Assembly (NCBI RefSeq): GCF_018350175.1
Contig: NC_058368.1
Span: 137,146,001-137,210,000 of the forward strand
Origin: Felis catus
Taxonomy: Eukaryota
DNA: 64,000 nucleotides
Reading direction: 5' to 3'
Shown here in pieces: positions 38,694 through 51,020 of this stretch; the first letter of the stretch is position 1; each line of letters starts with the position of its first letter. The position numbers and the translations under genes were made by a program. A model generated the notes under the pieces. That model was not told where the DNA came from, made no database searches, and was given only the letters and a program-made list of their open reading frames with translations.

Positions 38694-38890
38694 TTTTTCC
38701 CAAGAATATTTATTTATTTATTTTTTTTTAATATATGAAATTTATTGTCAAATTGGTTTCCATACAACATCCACTGCTCATCCCAAAAAATGCCCTCTTC
38801 AATACCCATCACCCACCCTCCCCTCCCTCCCTCCCCCCATCAGCCCTCAGTTTGTTCTCAGTTTTTAAGAGTCTCTTATGCTTTGGCTCT
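38694..38890 (-). mobile_element. Felid L1 3' tail (~200 bp)
   Basis: tttattgtcaaattggtttccatacaac...tttttaagagtctcttatg; TSD ccacYgtgact at 38683-38693 and 38891-38901. Confidence 0.93.
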
Positions 38891-39064
38891 CCACCGTGAC
38901 TCAAACTGGTCACAGAACGAGCCGGTTGCCCTCCTTCTGTCTGAGCTTTCACAGCTGCCTCCACCATTGCAGCTGTCCCTCTGCCAGGCCTGCTCCCACC
39001 TCTCTTCAGCCTCCAGGTGATAGCGACGTCTTCCTGGAAGAGGAAGAAAATGGCGAGAGATCAA

Positions 39065-39395
39065 GGACAGCTTTCAGATCAGTAGCCACTGGCCCTGTGT
39101 GGTTAGGGAGCACTTGAAAGGTGGCTGGTCCCCAGGGAGATGTGCCATAACTGTACAATACACATCAGCTTTCTAAGATTTTTACATGAAGGAAAGAATG
39201 TAGAATATCTCAGTAATAACTTCCTGATTGTGTACATGTTGAAGTGATAACATGTTGTGTATGTTGGGTTCAAGAAAATGTATTATTAAAATCAGGATCA
39301 CTTGTTTCTTTTTACTTTTGTAATCTGGCAACTGAAAAATGGAAACTGCACATATGGCTCATTTTACACGTCTATTATGTGTGTCTTGGGCTGGT
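39065..39395. mobile_element. MER33-like hAT-Charlie MITE
   Basis: gtagccactggccctgtgtgg...gagcacttgaaaggtggctggt...aaagaatgtagaatatctc...acatgttgaagtgataa. Confidence 0.75.
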
Positions 39396-40009
39396 CTGGA
39401 GATATTAGCATTTCCGCTGCCTCGAGTAGGTAAGATACTGCCTTGGCAGCCGTGGGGCCTGTCAAGTCTCACCTCAACCCAGCTCTGTCTCTGCAGGTCA
39501 GTCTTGAGGTACATCTGGATATCTTTGAAAGTCAGCACATAGCAATTCCCGGGCGATTGTCTCTAAAGCCCAGCCCCTCCCTGCCCTCTGCTGAGGTGAG
39601 GGGTTAGGAGGTAAAGCATGCTGTCTTCACTTTCAGAAACTTCCTTCTTCAGGACGGACAAAGCACTCCCATATGGCCTACACCCGTGCCCTGGGTCTTT
39701 CCACTGCATTCCCTTTTCCTTTCTTCTTCCTAAGACAGAACGTTTTAGGGAAGGATCTTTAGGGGAAAGAGGCCTTCCCCAAAGGGACTTGGAGAAAGAC
39801 TCATTATGTGATAGCTTTGGGTTGCCACACATGCATCCTTTGGCCAAGCCCACCAGCTCCTGATCTACAGGAAGAGCAAAGAGGACAGTAATATCCAGGA
39901 AAACATGTCAAAGTAGACTTCTCGCTGGCCATATCACACAGACTCCTCAAGGGGACCTGCCTCCAGGACACATTATTCCAGAAGCTTCACGAGCAACTTG
40001 AGAAACTTA

Positions 40010-40185
40010 ATGGTCAAGGAGCACCGTCGTGCCAGGAGCAGGCACAGGCAACATAAGCTCTCTTAGAAATGCAGATTCATGGTCCCTACTCCAGCTTTTC
40101 TGAATTAGAATCTTTAGTGTAAGCCCTAGGAATCTGTGTCTAACACGGTCCCTAGGTGGCTTGGGTGCACATTAAATTTGGAGTG
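40010..40185. mobile_element. MER5-like hAT MITE
   Basis: ttagaaatgcagattcatggtccctactccag...gaattagaatct...ggaatctgtgtctaaca. Confidence 0.75.
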
Positions 40186-40190
40186 ATATG

Positions 40191-40406
40191 GGGGCATCTG
40201 GGTGGCTCAGTTGGTTAAATGTCTGACTTTGGCTCAGGTCATGATCCCACAGGCCATGAGTTCAAGCCCCACATTGGGCTCACTGTGCTGGCAGCTCAGA
40301 GCCTGGAGTCTGCTTCGGATTCTGTCTTCCTTGCTCTCTGCCCCACCCCCACTCATACCTTGTCTCTCTCTCTCTCTCAAAAATAAATAAATATTAAAAA
40401 AAAAAA
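40191..40406 (+). mobile_element. CAN-SINE
   Basis: TSD tgRagtgatatg. Confidence 0.96.
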
Positions 40407-41309
40407 GTTGAAGTGATATGGCTACAATTGACCTCTGTTGCTTTTGCATAGTCAGTGTCCACTGACTCGTCTACTAATGCCCTCTGATGCTTTCAGAGAG
40501 CACCTGTCTGCCAGTCTCAGGATGCAGAGCTGGGACTGCCCTATTCCTTTAATTCAAAAAAGTGCACGTGACCTAGGCCTGGCCAGTCACAACCTCAAGA
40601 GCAGCCGGAAGCTCCTACAGGTGGTCCCTGTGGTGGGCTGAGGGAGACATACGCAGGATATCAATAGCATCTGCTATAATCTCCCTATAAGATTTCTTAT
40701 GGATAATGTTTCTTCTGCTAAAGACACATTTGCACATCACTGGTCCAGATGATCTCCAAGGTCTCTTCCAAGCATGGGACTCTGTGGTCCAGTGCCTCAC
40801 AAACTCCCTTATGGACATACCTCTGAAGGATGAGCAGGCATAGGAGACACTGCTATGTCCTTGGAGAGAGAGTAAACCTCATTCTCTGAGGAAGGCAGTG
40901 TCCTCTCTAGACTCCTGTCTGCACATTGAGGGAAGGTTTCTGCTGCAGCTCTAATCTACTTAGATGCCTCAAGGTGAACACAGGTGGGATAACCCGTTCC
41001 ATGACTATTCATCCTGAAGTCCAGGCCTCAGAATACAGCCTCAAATAATGCCGAACGGCTAACCCATGCCCAGTTTCTGGGCCTCCCTTTATAAACAGTA
41101 TGAATCATGGGGGTCTTGTATGTTACTCAGTTGGCTCCCAAGCGTCTCTCACCAGGCAACATTGGAGGGCAGGGTCGGGTGTGGTGGGGGAAAGATACTC
41201 TCTTTCTTTCCCAGCCCCTTTTTCTCTCCCTTTCTGTCTCTCTGTCTGCCTTTCCTTCTCTCTCCTTCTCTCTCTGTCCTCCTCTCATCTTAGAACTTCA
41301 GGCAACTCA

Positions 41310-41527
41310 GGGACGCCTGGGTGGCTCAGTTGGTTAAGCATCCTACTTCAGCTCAGGTCATGCTATCGCAGTTCATGAGTTCGAGCCCCACGTTGGGCTC
41401 TGGGCTGACAGCTCAGAGCCTGGAGCCTACTTCGGATTCTGTGTCTCCCTCTCTTTCTGCCCCTCCCCCACTTGCAATCTGCCTCCCTCTCTCTCTCTCT
41501 CAAAAATAAACATTAAAAAATAAAAAA
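41310..41527 (+). mobile_element. CAN-SINE
   Basis: Degenerate TSD agaacttcaRgcaaStcag. Confidence 0.97.
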
Positions 41528-43361
41528 GAACTTCAAGCAAGTCAGAGCCTCCCAGCCTCCATTTCTGCAGAGTGTTACTGTGGCTGTCACTTAGGACAAT
41601 TGTGAAGGTTAGAAGAGTATGTGGAACACTTCCAGCACATAGCAGATGCTCAGGAATTGACAGTGGGTGCAGTCTGGAGTGTCTGGGCTCAGTGTGGAAG
41701 GCTCTAGATTACTGGAAGAGATACTGCCCTGGCTTCTCCAGACAGCAAATACCTCCAGGTCTGGAGAAGCCAGTCAAGGAGAAAATAGAAGACAGATCAA
41801 CAAAAAGAAAAGATCATTTGGGTTTGTAGATTTGAAGTCTAAGAAGAGAACTATTACTCAAGCGACCAGAAGAGAGGAGGCTCAGCTCAAGAGAATAATT
41901 AAATGGAGGCTGAGAATATAGGTTCTTTCTGTGAATATAAGGAATCTTTCAAGAACTTGACTAGTAACAGATATTTCAAGAAGAGCCGTCTCCTAAACTG
42001 ACCAAAGGCAAATTTTCTATTCTCTACACACACCTGTTATTACCTGCCCGTGTGGCACATGTCTTCATGACAGCCTTATTCATAATTGAAGCTGTGTTTC
42101 TCTTGCTTCAGACAATTAGCTTGAGACTGTGTTCCTAACTTCAGAGGAGGCCCCACAGAGTGGAGGGAAGAAACTTCGGGTGACACTGCTGGATCTGCTT
42201 TTTTAACACTATGGCCTGGGGCAAGTCATTTCACATGTCTGAATCGATTAAAACTTCTATAAAATTATTGGCTTGAACCAGATGATCTCCAGGGTCCCGT
42301 CTTGCTCTAAGAGCATTCTAAGTGCAGACCCTGAAAAGGGGCTAGTCTGCATTCCCAATGCTGCAGACCCAAACAGCCCTTGCCTCCCGGAGGCAAAGAA
42401 CACAGCGTCTGGGAAGCATGCCTCTGGAACCAGAGTCTCACCCTGTGCCCTTTGCAGGCCTGTTAGACTTAGCCCATAGACGAATGTCAGCCAGAAGCCT
42501 CCTTAGTGCAGAGTTGGGACAAAGAGCATCAAGGCCTCTCTCTTGGGCTCCCAGCACAAAAAAAAAATGAGCCCTAAGCAGGCTTCCATTGCCTTCTGGC
42601 ACCCCTGCCCCCATTCCCCTGGAGCCAGCCACAGCCTGGTACTTGAAGCTCAGAACTTTAGAAGGGATGGACAGCTCCTGCCGAGCAGATGAGGCATCCT
42701 CACCTTGTGCTGAAGGCCCATCCTGCTTCCCCCAGAACCAGGCCTTTTTAGCAGATGTGGGGGACTTCCTACAAGCCCTTCCATCTCTCTCAGTAGAGGG
42801 AGTGGTACACATGGTCTCTGTAAAGGACATCTTCCACGTATCTAGCCCTAAACAGCAAAACTAGAGCAAACCACACTTCAGTCCGCCTTCCCGAGAGCCC
42901 TGATAGTGTGCAGTTGGGCTCTGGTGATAGGCCGAGACTTTCTTTCCACAGCTAAGGAGAAGGGACAGTTGAAGGCTGAACAGTGTCTTTCAAGACATTG
43001 CCTTTTCTGTCTAGAGCCTCTAGAACAGAGCTGGGAGTGGCTGGTTGTTATGGCTTGAATCAAGGGCTGACTATTTAGACTTGACTCTTCAGGAGAACAA
43101 GTTCCAAATAATGCTCAGCTGAATTCAGGACCCAAGGCAAGGATTTAACCGTGGTGCCACTGAAGAGCCCATGAGGGAATTGGACATGGCCGATCCAGAT
43201 TCTGTTCTAGTCCCATGAGGATTGGCAGCTGCCCAACATTTGGGGCTTAGAAATTGCTTCTGGAATTGCTTAGTATGCCTATCAGTTTCTTTTCTATCTT
43301 AACTGGGCTATTACACTGCCTTTATGGCTTTTTACACAGCCATCTGCAACATTTTGGTGAA

Positions 43362-43560
43362 GTTTTTTTTTTAATGTTTATTTTTTAGAGAGAGCAAGTG
43401 TACAGGGGAGGACCAGAGAGAGGGAGAAAGAGAATCCCAAGCAGGCTCCAGGCTGTCAGCACAGAGCCCAATGAGGGGCTCAACTCACGAATCATGAGAT
43501 CATGACCTAAGCCGAAATCAAGAGTCAGACACTCAACTGACTGAACCACCCAAGCACCCC
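43362..43560 (-). mobile_element. CAN-SINE
   Basis: Antisense body ending ccacccaagcacccc. Confidence 0.95.
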
Positions 43561-43649
43561 ACTTTTGATGGAGTTTCTTATTTTTTGGCAGTTTCCCCTT
43601 CTTTTTTGTCTACTGTGGTCATTGAACATGAGAAACAGTGGTCTGGATC

Positions 43650-44160
43650 CCCCCAAAATTGAAAATAGGATCTCAAAGAGGTATTTGCACACCGATATTC
43701 ATAAACAGTGTTATTCACAGTAGCCACGAGGTAGAAGCAACCTGACTGTCCATGAACAGATGAATGGATAATAAACAAAATGTGGTGTGTGCATCCGTGG
43801 AATACTATCCAGCTTTAAAAAGGAAGGAAGCCCCTACACCTGCTACAACATGGATGAACCTTGAGGACATTATGCTAGGTGAAATAAGCCAACCAAAAAA
43901 ATAAGTACTGTATGATTACAGTTAGATGAGATATTTAAAATATTCAAACTCATAGAGTCAAAAAGAATGGTTATTGCTGGGGAGTGTGAATGAGGAATTG
44001 TTTAATGGGTGTAGAGTTTCAGTTTTGCGAGATGAAAAGAGTTCTGGACATTGGTTGCCAAACAATGTGAATACACTTAACACTACTAAACTGTGCATTT
44101 CAAGTGGCTTAAATGTCAATTTTATGTTATGTGTAACTTACCACAATTAAAAATTTTAAA
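43650..44160 (+). mobile_element. L1MB-like 3' end
   Basis: tgctacaacatggatgaaccttgaggacattatgcta...agagtttcagttttgcgagatgaaaagagttctgg...ttaccacaattaaaaa. Confidence 0.9.
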
Positions 44161-45789
44161 AAGAATGACAGTGGCAATAGATGAGGTACACGACGAAGCA
44201 AGTCCTGTGGGGGTTCCATTTTCATGCGTCCCAACTGTTTTGGTGGTAAGGCCATGGTGCAAGAGTACTTGACATTCAAGTGTGTCTTAGGCTGAGCCTT
44301 TGGAAAGGGGGAAGCCGCTCTGCTCCACAGGCCACAGCTGCACCCAGTCAGAATTTATCTTGTTTCCCACTTAGGTTCCACCTGAGTCACAGAAGCCTTC
44401 TTTGCACGAGATACCTGAGCACACACCTGAATGACCCACTTAGATAGAAATACCTACTGGTGTGGTACATACTGTGTGGAAATGATCAGAGACTGCCCCT
44501 AATTCCACTCTGACTGGTTCAGACCTACAAGCATACTTGCCACCAAGGAAGCAGTGGATACAATCTTGTCCTGACACTCACTCATGGCCATGATCAGTGA
44601 AGAATGCTGCTTTTCCCCCCCCATTTCTAACTTCTCTACCAGCCCCCTAAGAAATAGCACAGCAATAGAGTGGTTCAGAATGGCTGCTAAAGAGGCAGGT
44701 CTGGAAGCAGTTATTGTTTTCATATGAGCACATTATTTAATTCTTCTAACATTCATCTTAAATGGGAATAATGATACAGATGCATGTTTGGGTTTAGGGA
44801 GGATTAAAGGAAGGATATTCTGCTCAGGAACCCTTACCCCAGAGCCTGTACACAGGAAGTAGTTGATAAATGAGGATTAACACTATTCTCTTTGCCCAGC
44901 CATGTCCTACCCATGATCCGAGTACCAGCTCCAGCCCTTTCCAAAGACTCCATAAAGTATTCCAGGAGCCCACCATGAAACAAAAGCCCACCATGAGCTC
45001 TTCTATCACACCAATTATCTGCACCCTTCATCTTGTTGGCAACTCTTTGGGGCTCAGGCCTCATCAGGTCCCTCCATATGGCAGGGTGCACAGGGTTAAG
45101 AACTGTCCTTCTTAGAACTCCCAAATATAAGTAATCATAAGCAGTAGCTCTTGGACTACACATAATAACTAATAGGGCAGGAACTCAAAACATGGCCTTG
45201 CTCATTCTTGTATCTGGGATTAACCTTATTGTATTCTTTGATTTGAGGCATGCCAAAAAAGACTGCCACCCCCAAATCTCTCCACACCTGCACAGAGGTT
45301 CTTTTTAGGGTTCATCTGTCACCCTGTTTCCTCTTCTTTTAAATGTAAAATCTTTGCCAAAAGGGATCCACACTCACCTCACCTGAATGAGTTTCTTGAT
45401 TTTTCTGAGATAGTGTTTTAATTGTGAACTAAAACAAGGGAGATGTATCCCAGAGAAAATGTAATCTACTTTATAATTAATCCATCTGTTCATTCTGCCC
45501 ATTTGTATACTCATTTAGTATTTTTTGAATACCTCCTGTATGCCGGGCTCTGTTTGCTCCTGCAGGGGTGGCTCTGCTAGGAAAGTCCTCTTCAAGAGTC
45601 TGAACAGGGGATTCTCCAGTCTTCCCAATGCTTCTTTGGAAGCCAGTGTATCAAATATCTCTGCCTGGGTATAAGGAAAATATAAAGTCATTCAACTGAA
45701 CAACTGTAGTTCAAGGGCAGTGGTTTATTTATATCTTATCCTGAGTATCCCATATGTTTCCTGGCATTTGGTAGGCTGGTAAGGTTAAG

Positions 45790-45833
45790 TGGATGGATGG
45801 ATGGATGGATGGATGGATGGATGGATGGATGGA
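45790..45833. repeat. (GGAT)n tetranucleotide microsatellite
   Basis: About 11 tandem units. Confidence 0.99.
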
Positions 45834-45854
45834 CGTTGTAGATAACATGAGTGT

Positions 45855-46040
45855 TAATTTGAGTTCCTCAGAAGCAGATCCTGAGATAAGGATTTGAGTC
45901 ATTTATTTGGGAGGTTATCCCAGGAAGTGTTGATAAGGGAGACAGGTAAGAGAAGGATGCCAACAAACCATATGTTATCAAGCAGGCTATCATTCTGACA
46001 AGCACCTGGTTACTTACCAGGCATTGAATACTGAATGTCT
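45855..46040. mobile_element. Old ERVL/MaLR LTR fragment
   Basis: ttcctcagaagcagatcctgagataaggatttgagt...tttatttgggaggttatcccaggaag. Confidence 0.6.
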
Positions 46041-46339
46041 CTTCTGTCTTCCTTTCTCCCTGCTTAAGTGAATGGTCATGGAATTCAGATGTTCTAAATG
46101 GGGATGCAAATGCACAAATATTATACATGTTGGTTGCCTTCAAGTAAGGGAGCATCCTCTTTACCATCCCCTAAGACCAGAGGCTTTCCACAGACTGTCC
46201 AAGATCTTGGGTGAATTCAGCATGTGCTTGGGCAGGTTTAAGTAGTTTCTAGAAAACATATCTCCTTTTTCATATGTAAAGAAACAGCTTTTTGTTCAAA
46301 GCCACTCACCTATTCCAGGACAGGATAAGTTACTTTTAA

Positions 46340-47105
46340 GCCTACCTGACTTCATATCCCATCATCACTTCTTAGCTGTGTGACCTGGAACAGGCTACTT
46401 AAAGTCTCTTTGATGAGGTTTTGGGATGATGAGGGTTTTGGAGCTGATGGCCAAGAAAGAATTCTTAAAGAGGTCTCCGGTGCAAAAAGGTGATTTTATT
46501 AAAGCACGGGGACAGGACCCATGGGCAGGAAGAGCTGCACTGGGGTTGTGAAGAGTGAATTTTTATATACTGTGGGGCTGAGGGAGGTAAAGTCAAAAGG
46601 GAAGTTTTGAAAGAGATTTTCACATGCTAAAGACTCACAGATTACTGGAGGCCTAGCTATTGTCAAGCTAAGGTTGTTTTTCCTCTAGAAAGCATTAACA
46701 TTAAGACAGTAGGGAGTTCCTGGACTTTAGGCTATTGATGAGATTGCATTTTTTCTTGTAAACTGGTGGAGACTCTTATCAGTTTAACCACTTGTTTTGG
46801 GGTTTTTGTTTTGTTTTGTTTTGTTTAGTCCTTTCCTGTTTCTGGGTAGCTGGGAATGTCCAAGGAATATCACACATATCCCACCTGGGGTCAGGGGGAG
46901 GGTGCGGGGTGTGCTAGCTTGCACTTTGCCCTCAGCCTGCATTATGCTTCCTCCTCACCTTTGCCTCAGTTTCCCCATCTGCAAAATGGCAATAGTAATA
47001 TCATGTCTCTCAATACAGACGTTGAAGTAATTGAGACTATATTTGTTAAGTATTTATTAATGACTGGCAAAGCGTAAGTGCTCAGTAAGTGAAAACTATT
47101 ATTAT
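46340..47105 (+). mobile_element. MIR split by a solo LTR
   Basis: cttagctgtgtgacctggaacaggctacttaa... resumes at 46958 as tgcctcagtttccccatctgcaaaatgg. Confidence 0.85.
46411..46957 (-). mobile_element. Solo ERV LTR (Laurasiatherian/carnivore ERV1-like)
   Basis: Imperfect inverted termini TGATGAGG...CCTCCTCA, antisense AATAAA (tttatt at ~46495), near-TSD tctt/cctt; precisely splits a MIR. Confidence 0.85.
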
Positions 47106-47226
47106 TATTGCTTGGAATGAGAAAAAATGTGTGCTATGTGAATTTAAAAATTCTAAATTCCTTTAACATTGTTAAAAATACAACTATAACAGGAATATGC
47201 AGATGGATAAAACAATCTGGGTTTCT

Positions 47227-47428
47227 TTTTTAAGTTTATTTATTTACTTCGAGAGAGCACACCCATGTGCACAGCAGGGGCAGAGAGAGAGGGAGAGAGA
47301 ATCCCAAGCAGGCTCCACAGTGTCAGCACAGAACCCAATACAGGGCTCAATCTAATGAACCTTGAGATCATGACCTGAGCCGAAATCAAGAGCCAGACGC
47401 TTAACCAACTGAGCCACCCAGGTGCCCC
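47227..47428 (-). mobile_element. CAN-SINE
   Basis: TSD caatctgggtttct. Confidence 0.97.
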
Positions 47429-47497
47429 AAGCAATCTGGGTTTCTGATAAATGTTTTCAGAATGTTTTGTGAGCCTTCTACTAAGAAAAATTATTCA

Positions 47498-47741
47498 AGG
47501 GCACGTGAGTGGCTCAGTTGGTTAAGCATCCGACTTTGGCTCAGGCCATGATCTCGTGGTTCATGAATTCGAGCCCTGTGTTGGGCTCTGTGCTGACTGC
47601 TCAGAGCCTTGAGCTTGCTTTGGATTCTGTGTCTCCTTCTCTCTCTGCCCCTCCCCTGCTTGCATTCTGTCTGTCTGTCTCTGTCTGTCTCTCTCTCTCT
47701 CTCTCAAAAATAAATAAATATTTTTTTTAAAAAAGAAAAAA
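47498..47741 (+). mobile_element. CAN-SINE
   Basis: Canonical body; TSD attattca. Confidence 0.96.
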
Positions 47742-48059
47742 GATTATTCAGGCTCATCATCCAGTGCCAACAAAGCTGAAATAAAAAATTTAATACTGTT
47801 ATTTTAATTCCCCAGTGTCAAACCTTAGAGAGACTAGAATTTAAGGGTATTTCAAACTCAGCTTTCCTATGGAGGCCATACAAAGAACAGGCAGGTTTAG
47901 TCAGCTTCTCTTGGTCTACCCTGGGAAAGATTAATGGGTGTCTTGGGTTTCAACATTAAGTTCTCATTTGTTAGATTTCTGTGACCTTCACTACTTGACA
48001 TTTGGGGGAAAAATTAGATCATTTTCTGCGCTCTGCTCTACATCTATTAGGTAGATCAA

Positions 48060-48778
48060 CTAGAAATTGTGTTCAGCTACTAGTAACTGTGACTTAAAAT
48101 ATTGTTTTAAATCAAGCAGAGGTATTTTCCCCCTTATACAGTAAGAAGTGTGGAATTAAGGGGCACCTGAGTGGCTCAGTTGATTAAGCATCTGACTTTG
48201 GCTCAGGTCATGATCTCACAGTTCATGGATTCAAGCCCCACATTGGGCTCTGAGCTGATAATTCAGATCCTGGAGCCTCCTTCAGATTCTGTGTCTCCCT
48301 CTCTCTCTCTGCCCCTCCCCCATCACACTCTGTCTCTTTCCAAAAGTAAATAAACATTAAAAAAAAATTAAAGTGTGGAGTTAAATAGTCTGAAGCAGAT
48401 ATGGTGACTCCAAAATGTCCTGAAGGACCTAGGCTCCTTCCAGCTTCTAGGGTATGATCTCTGTCCTCATACTCGTAAGGTGAATACTGGAGTTCCAGCC
48501 ATCACTTCAGTGCTCCAGGTAAAGAGAAGGAAGATGCAGGGAAAAGACAAGTGAGGCCTTCTGGCTGAGTCATCCCCCTTTAAAGAGCTTTCCCTGTAAG
48601 CTCCATTCATTGACTTCGGTTATATTTCATTGCCAACCCTCTACCACGTACATATCTCTAAAAAGAAGGCTGGGTGTTTTAGTGGGCACCTTGCCACACA
48701 CAGCAATATATGGATTCTGTTAGTAAAAAGAAAGGGAAAGATTATACTGCTTAGAGATCTAGCCATCTTTGCCACAGT
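48060..48778. mobile_element. MLT1-family MaLR LTR interrupted by a SINE
   Basis: ggacctaggctccttccagctt...ttccagccatcac...ttctgttagtaaaaagaaaggga...tttgccaca. Confidence 0.65.
48160..48370 (+). mobile_element. CAN-SINE
   Basis: TSD aagtgtggaRttaa. Confidence 0.96.
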
Positions 48779-48859
48779 GAGCCCTTAACAAATTGTTTTA
48801 AAAATACAAAAGGAGAAGGATAATAAATAACCTGCTAACTAATCCCTTTGGCCTCCTTT

Positions 48860-48970
48860 GAGTTCTTTGAGGCCAAGAACTGTGCCCCATTCATCACTGT
48901 GTCCCCAAGGTCTAGCTCAGTACCTACCACACAGCAAGTGCTCAATAAATGGGAGTTTGATGATTGAACT
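48860..48970 (+). mobile_element. L2 3' end
   Basis: gagttctttgaggccaagaactgtg...ttcatcactgtgtcccca...gtgctcaataaat. Confidence 0.75.
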
Positions 48971-49049
48971 GGAGAATGAGGTATGGATATAAAATAACAA
49001 GACTGATTTTATATGCTTCCATACAAATCCATCTCCTGAATTCAGACTT

Positions 49050-49165
49050 GACCTTTAATGAACCATTTTCACAACAACTCAACAAGACAGTATTATAATT
49101 ATCCTCATTTTATAGATGAGGAAACTGAGGCTATGAGAGCTTAAGTAACATGCCCAAGGTGAGAC
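49050..49165 (-). mobile_element. MIR core
   Basis: atcctcattttatagatgaggaaactgaggct. Confidence 0.85.
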
Positions 49166-49866
49166 ATTTTCAGGGCATGGCCTCATGTAACAGCAGATGA
49201 AGTCACCAGGCCTTCCATCAAAGTGGAAATGACCCATTATTCACCAGGGAGGAGCAGAGCAGTGTCTGCACAAGCAGGGAAGCTGGGAGGCATCGTGCTC
49301 TCCTGATCCCGTCAGCCACATCACCTGTCCACCATACAGGCCCTGGCCTGATGGCCACTGCCCCTGCTCCATGGGCACAATGATTTAGATGGATTATCTC
49401 ATTTTCTTCCTGTTTTGCAGATGAGGACATTGGATTCCCCACAGAAGTTAGGCTTCTTATCCGAGGTTACACGAGCTCAGAGAGGAAAGAGGAGATTAGA
49501 ACGAGGTGTACCAACTCCTAGTCTGGTGCAAAATAGGACCCCAAGTTTCCATCAGCACCAACTTCTCAAGAAATCAGTGTGATTGCCTGGAAGCAGGACT
49601 AAGATGAATGTCGCTCTGTTCGAGGTACGTCTTTCCACCACCCCCGGCCAACGCGTTCCACTCCTGGGGAGCACACGCCAGCATTTGTGACGGGAGGTGC
49701 AGTGTAGAGTCACAGACTGCATATTTCAGTAGCTCTTGGGAGAGACGAGGCATTAACAACAATTGGGGGTGGGGAGTAGCAACGACATTGCCACCTTTCC
49801 ATGCCAGTAGCCTCTAGGAGCAAACACCTCAGTCTTGGCCCCAAAAATGGAAGATGCAAGTAGTAG

Positions 49867-49972
49867 TAGGGTGACCAACCACTGTGGTTTGCCCAGGCCC
49901 ATCCCACTTTAAGAGTGAAAATCCTGCATCCCAAGAAATTGCTCAGATCCTGGAAAACAAGGATTCACCCAT
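49867..49972. mobile_element. MER81-like hAT-Blackjack MITE
   Basis: tagggtgaccaacc...ggtttgcccagg...tgaaaatcctgcatccc...tcaccc termini. Confidence 0.7.
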
Positions 49973-50403
49973 CTTATCTCTGTTGTTCTTCATGGGCCAT
50001 ATGTTTAAAGACTTTCAGTGGAACCTGGGGAAGGGGAAAACAGGGAGGAACGAAAGGTAGCTAGTCTTTTACATTGTATTCAACCCAGCAAAGAGTGATT
50101 TGTTGAGTGCTGAGCTGATGACAGGCACTGTGTCATGTCCTGCCTGGATGTGAGAGGCAGGCACTCAGCCAGCACCAAGTGAAGGGCTTCTTGGGGATGA
50201 ATGCATTAATCCTCCCAGCACCCTTAAGAGGCAGATCCTATTGTTCCTCCACTTGCAGAGAGGGATCTGAAGCACAGGGAGATTACAGAATGTGCCCAAA
50301 TTTAAACAGCAAGAAGGTAGCAGGGGCACCGTGTGAGCCTGGCAGAGCGATTCCAGGCTGTTTGTTCCCTTCTTCTTTGCACTGCCTCCCAGAGGGGAGA
50401 TGG

Positions 50404-50764
50404 CCAGTAGCCTGGTGCTCGCTTCAGCAGCACATATAGTAAACTGGGACGAAACAGTGAAGATTAGCATGGCCCCTGTATAAGGATGACATGCACATTC
50501 ACGAAACGTTCCGTACTTTGTGCAGTTCCCCAGCAAACCACCACCCTTGACGGATTAACTCGGAGGAAACGGTGTGAGTCAAAGCACAACATGAGGCACT
50601 GAATAATGAAATTGTGACATTTCCCTAGAAAAATATTTCTGTAAAGCAGTCTATGACAGGTGAATGAAGCTGAGTTACACCTGAAATTGATGTGCAAACA
50701 TGTCGTTTCTATAGATCTCTGAGATGAGAAAATGTCAACTTAAAAAAAAGAAACCGGTAGCCTG
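50404..50764 (+). mobile_element. U6-headed retroposed unit (U6 + ~220-nt extension + A tail + TSD)
   Basis: TSD ccRgtagcctg at 50404-50414 and 50754-50764; A tail at 50742-50753. Confidence 0.88.
50415..50519 (+). pseudogene. RNU6: Full-length U6 snRNA retropseudogene
   Basis: gtgctcgcttcagcagcacatata...gaagattagcatggcccctg..aaggatgaca...cgttccgtacttt is colinear with U6; the ACAGAGA box is mutated to ACAGTGA; no recognisable PSE/TATA upstream. Confidence 0.96.
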
Positions 50765-50804
50765 GGAGGCAGGACAAGGCAAAGGCTCAAACCCCTGAAG
50801 GAAT

Positions 50805-51020
50805 AATAATGATGTTACCTTCACTGACATTCATTGAGCAGTGATCATGGGCCAGGCCTTTACTCAGCCTCTACACAAAATGTCTCGTTTAACCCTTACT
50901 ACCAGGAGCATGGTGCTGTCATCTCCATGTACAGAGGATCAGCCTGGCTGAGAGAGGTCAAGCCCCTTACCCAAAGTTATATAGGAGGTGGAGCTGGGAT
51001 ACAAAAACAGAAATCTAATC
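50805..51020 (-). mobile_element. MIR
   Basis: cattcattgagcag...ggctgagagaggtcaag...ggagctgggat. Confidence 0.65.

Noticed and set aside
50415..50519. Functional U6 snRNA gene
   Set aside because: The ACAGAGA box is mutated, there are many substitutions, no recognisable upstream PSE/TATA, and it is flanked by a TSD and A tail.
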